From: the human T2T-CHM13v2.0 reference genome, Homo sapiens
Assembly: GCF_009914755.1 (NCBI RefSeq)
Contig: NC_060939.1
Direction: 5' to 3' (one strand)
Length of the DNA stretch: 64,000 bases
Positions 50,413 through 64,000 of the stretch are shown piece after piece. The notes beneath the pieces are model-generated. The model saw only the letters and a program-made list of their open reading frames with translations. It had not been told where the DNA came from and ran no database searches. The first letter of the stretch is position 1. Each line of letters begins with the position of its first letter. The position numbers and the translations under genes are program-made.

Positions 50413-50928
50413 AGCCTGGAGACCACTGGAGTGACCTGGGGAACAGATCTGTCCACCAGAACCTGTGAGAGGCTTATTCCCAGCCCAGGCAGGAAGGACT
50501 GGGCTGTGTCTAAGAAGCCAGATTCAGGCCAGGCCTGCAGGGTGGGGGAGTCAAGGCCCAGGACCCTGGCAGAAAGCTCCAGCTGGGATGGGCCCAGGTC
50601 AGCCTGTGATCCCAACTGTGTGGGGGTGTCTGTGTGTGCACAGGACGAAGAGAACTTCAGTCCCACTGCTTCCAGAGACAAAAGAATCCTACCAAACCAT
50701 CACCAGAGAAGGAAAGAGAGCTTTGTTTTTTTTTGTACATAGAGGGGGAAAAAATTCCCTGTCCCTCCCGTTCCAGGGAGAGCTGGTCGCTGAGGGAGGA
50801 GGAAGAGCCACGGCAAGAACCCTGCCAGGTCTGTGCTGGGCACAACCACCACCACATAAGGCACCCACGGAAAGTGCAGCTCAGAAGGCAGGCGAGAGAA
50901 AGGCTGAGGGGGAGAGAAGAGAGGAGGA

Positions 50929-60492
<9,564 letters not shown>

Positions 60493-60892
60493 CTGAGAAG
60501 GTGAAAAAAAGCCCTTAGACACAGTGGAGAAAATCCGGGCCAGGGGCCGGCAGGCGAGCCGGTGACGCCTGACTGAAGCAGGGCAGCTGATCACCCTCCC
60601 GGGACCCTGAGAAGCCTCTCTGGAAGGGTCCTGTGCCTGCCTCTGCCACACCACAGCTGCGGTCCCTTCTCCCTTCCCCCTTCCTGGAAAAGGTTCAGCC
60701 CAGAAGAGACCCAGAGCAAGCTTTACCCAGAAGCTTGAGAGTACACACCACACAGGCTCCTGTTGGTGCCCTATACAGATTCAAAATGGTTCATAGTATT
60801 TACCTCTAGGGAGTGGGTTTTTTTTTTTTTTTGCGGGGTGGGGTGCTGAGGGGCAAGTGAATGGGGTGGTGAGGGTAGAGACTTACTATTGA

Positions 60893-62735
<1,843 letters not shown>

Positions 62736-64000
62736 GTCCAGATCCAATTGTTAAATACAATGCTAATATTAGACATAGCCACAGAGTGACCCCCTCAGTT
62801 TACAGATGTAGAAACTGATATTCACCATGATCCTAGGACCCAAAATGGGAGCTCTCTCCTTACTCTGAATATTTATAGAGCTGAGGGTCAGCATTGAATA
62901 TGTTCTCTGGTTTTATCACAGATACTTCCTCTTATCTCTTATCTTCCCACCTGAGCCACCAGTTCATAGAGGGTATGAATGTCTGACTGCCTCCAGGCAT
63001 ACAGCCAGAACTCACTGTGTCTGGACGGGCCTCATACTACAGCCTCCACCCCTTCCAACCTCCTCTGCGACAGACTGTGGCTATGTTCTTCCTGCTGAAC
63101 ACCACCTCTGCCCTGATGGCTCCTGCAACTTGGACAAAGTGACAAGGTGAAGTTCAGGAGGCTCTGTGTTGCTGAAGAATTGGCCTTGAGGTTATTTCAT
63201 GCCTGAATGACCAGTGGTTTACTACCAGAATCATCTGGCTTCCTGCAAGGAAGATTTGGGGCTTGGTATCTGTTCCCCTCTCAGACTCAGCAGACACCTA
63301 GCCACCGCTGAAGTCACTGAAATCGGATCTACCATCCACAGAAGTGGCTCCTCGAGTCTGAGTCACCAGAGGACAGAGGAAGAGGGGCCACTCTGGTAGC
63401 AGTTTCAGGTAATGGCAAACAGACATCTGGCCAAGGTGCACATGTTTAATAGGTGATCTCCAGGCCCACAAAGAGATGCCATTTCCTTTATGAATGGCAG
63501 ACAGAAGGGGACTGTGATGGGGATCATAGGGTGACTGCCCTGTCCACTCTGATCCCTCCCTTTTTCCTAAAATCTTAAAGACATGGCCTTGGACTCCTCA
63601 CCGGGCTCCTCATAAACAAATCTGATCTCCATGATTAAGTTAGAAGCTCCCTGCAGCCATGTGCATCTGTGTCTGGTTCATATTCTAGTTCCTTGGTGCT
63701 TGGTGAAGGGCCTATGGCAGCACAGCAGCTCAGCGGTTTGAGAAGACACGCAGCACGCTGTAGGGCCTCCCTCTTTTTAGAAAGCACTGCCCAAGTGCCA
63801 GGGCATAGCAAACAGGAGGCACCTGCATCACAGCAGTAGCCCAAGGGCCTGGAAGCACGTTGCCTAGGAAGAGCAACCTAAAACGCTGAGACAAGTGGAT
63901 ATTTTCCCATCTAAGAAAACCTAGGCTCTTTCTGAAAGATGTGCGTGGCTTCAAGACAAGCTGAGCCCTGGCAAGAAAGGGAGGGAGGAGGAGGGACTGG

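Overview
Human (primate) genomic DNA, recognisable from gene order and protein sequence as the 15q24 locus CSK - LMAN1L - CPLX3 - ULK3 - SCAMP2. I rebuilt the exon chains by hand from GT/AG boundaries, and they sum to full-length proteins: CSK (+, 12 coding exons, 450 aa), LMAN1L/ERGL (+, 14 exons, 526 aa), CPLX3 (+, 3 exons, 158 aa), ULK3 (-, 16 exons, 472 aa) and SCAMP2 (-, exons 2-9; exon 1 lies beyond the window). The tailed mirtron MIR6882 sits at a ULK3 3' splice site. Non-coding DNA is rich in Alu, MIR, L2, L1 and Tigger repeats. Most ORF-track entries are Alu or GC-rich noise. I see no wholly new gene system. The best leads concern RNA processing and regulation: (1) LMAN1L has no canonical polyA signal, and its TM-encoding exon 13 is phase-compatible with CPLX3 exon 2, predicting a membrane-anchored lectin-complexin chimera; (2) an Alu insertion duplicated the LMAN1L exon 5 acceptor as its target-site duplication; (3) a bipartite REST/RE1 site and CRX/OTX-type motifs at CPLX3; (4) a ULK3 allele that shifts strength between tandem 5' splice sites; (5) an in-frame uORF in CSK; (6) clean in-frame cassette-exon candidates in LMAN1L and SCAMP2. 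All database identities are from memory and were not looked up.
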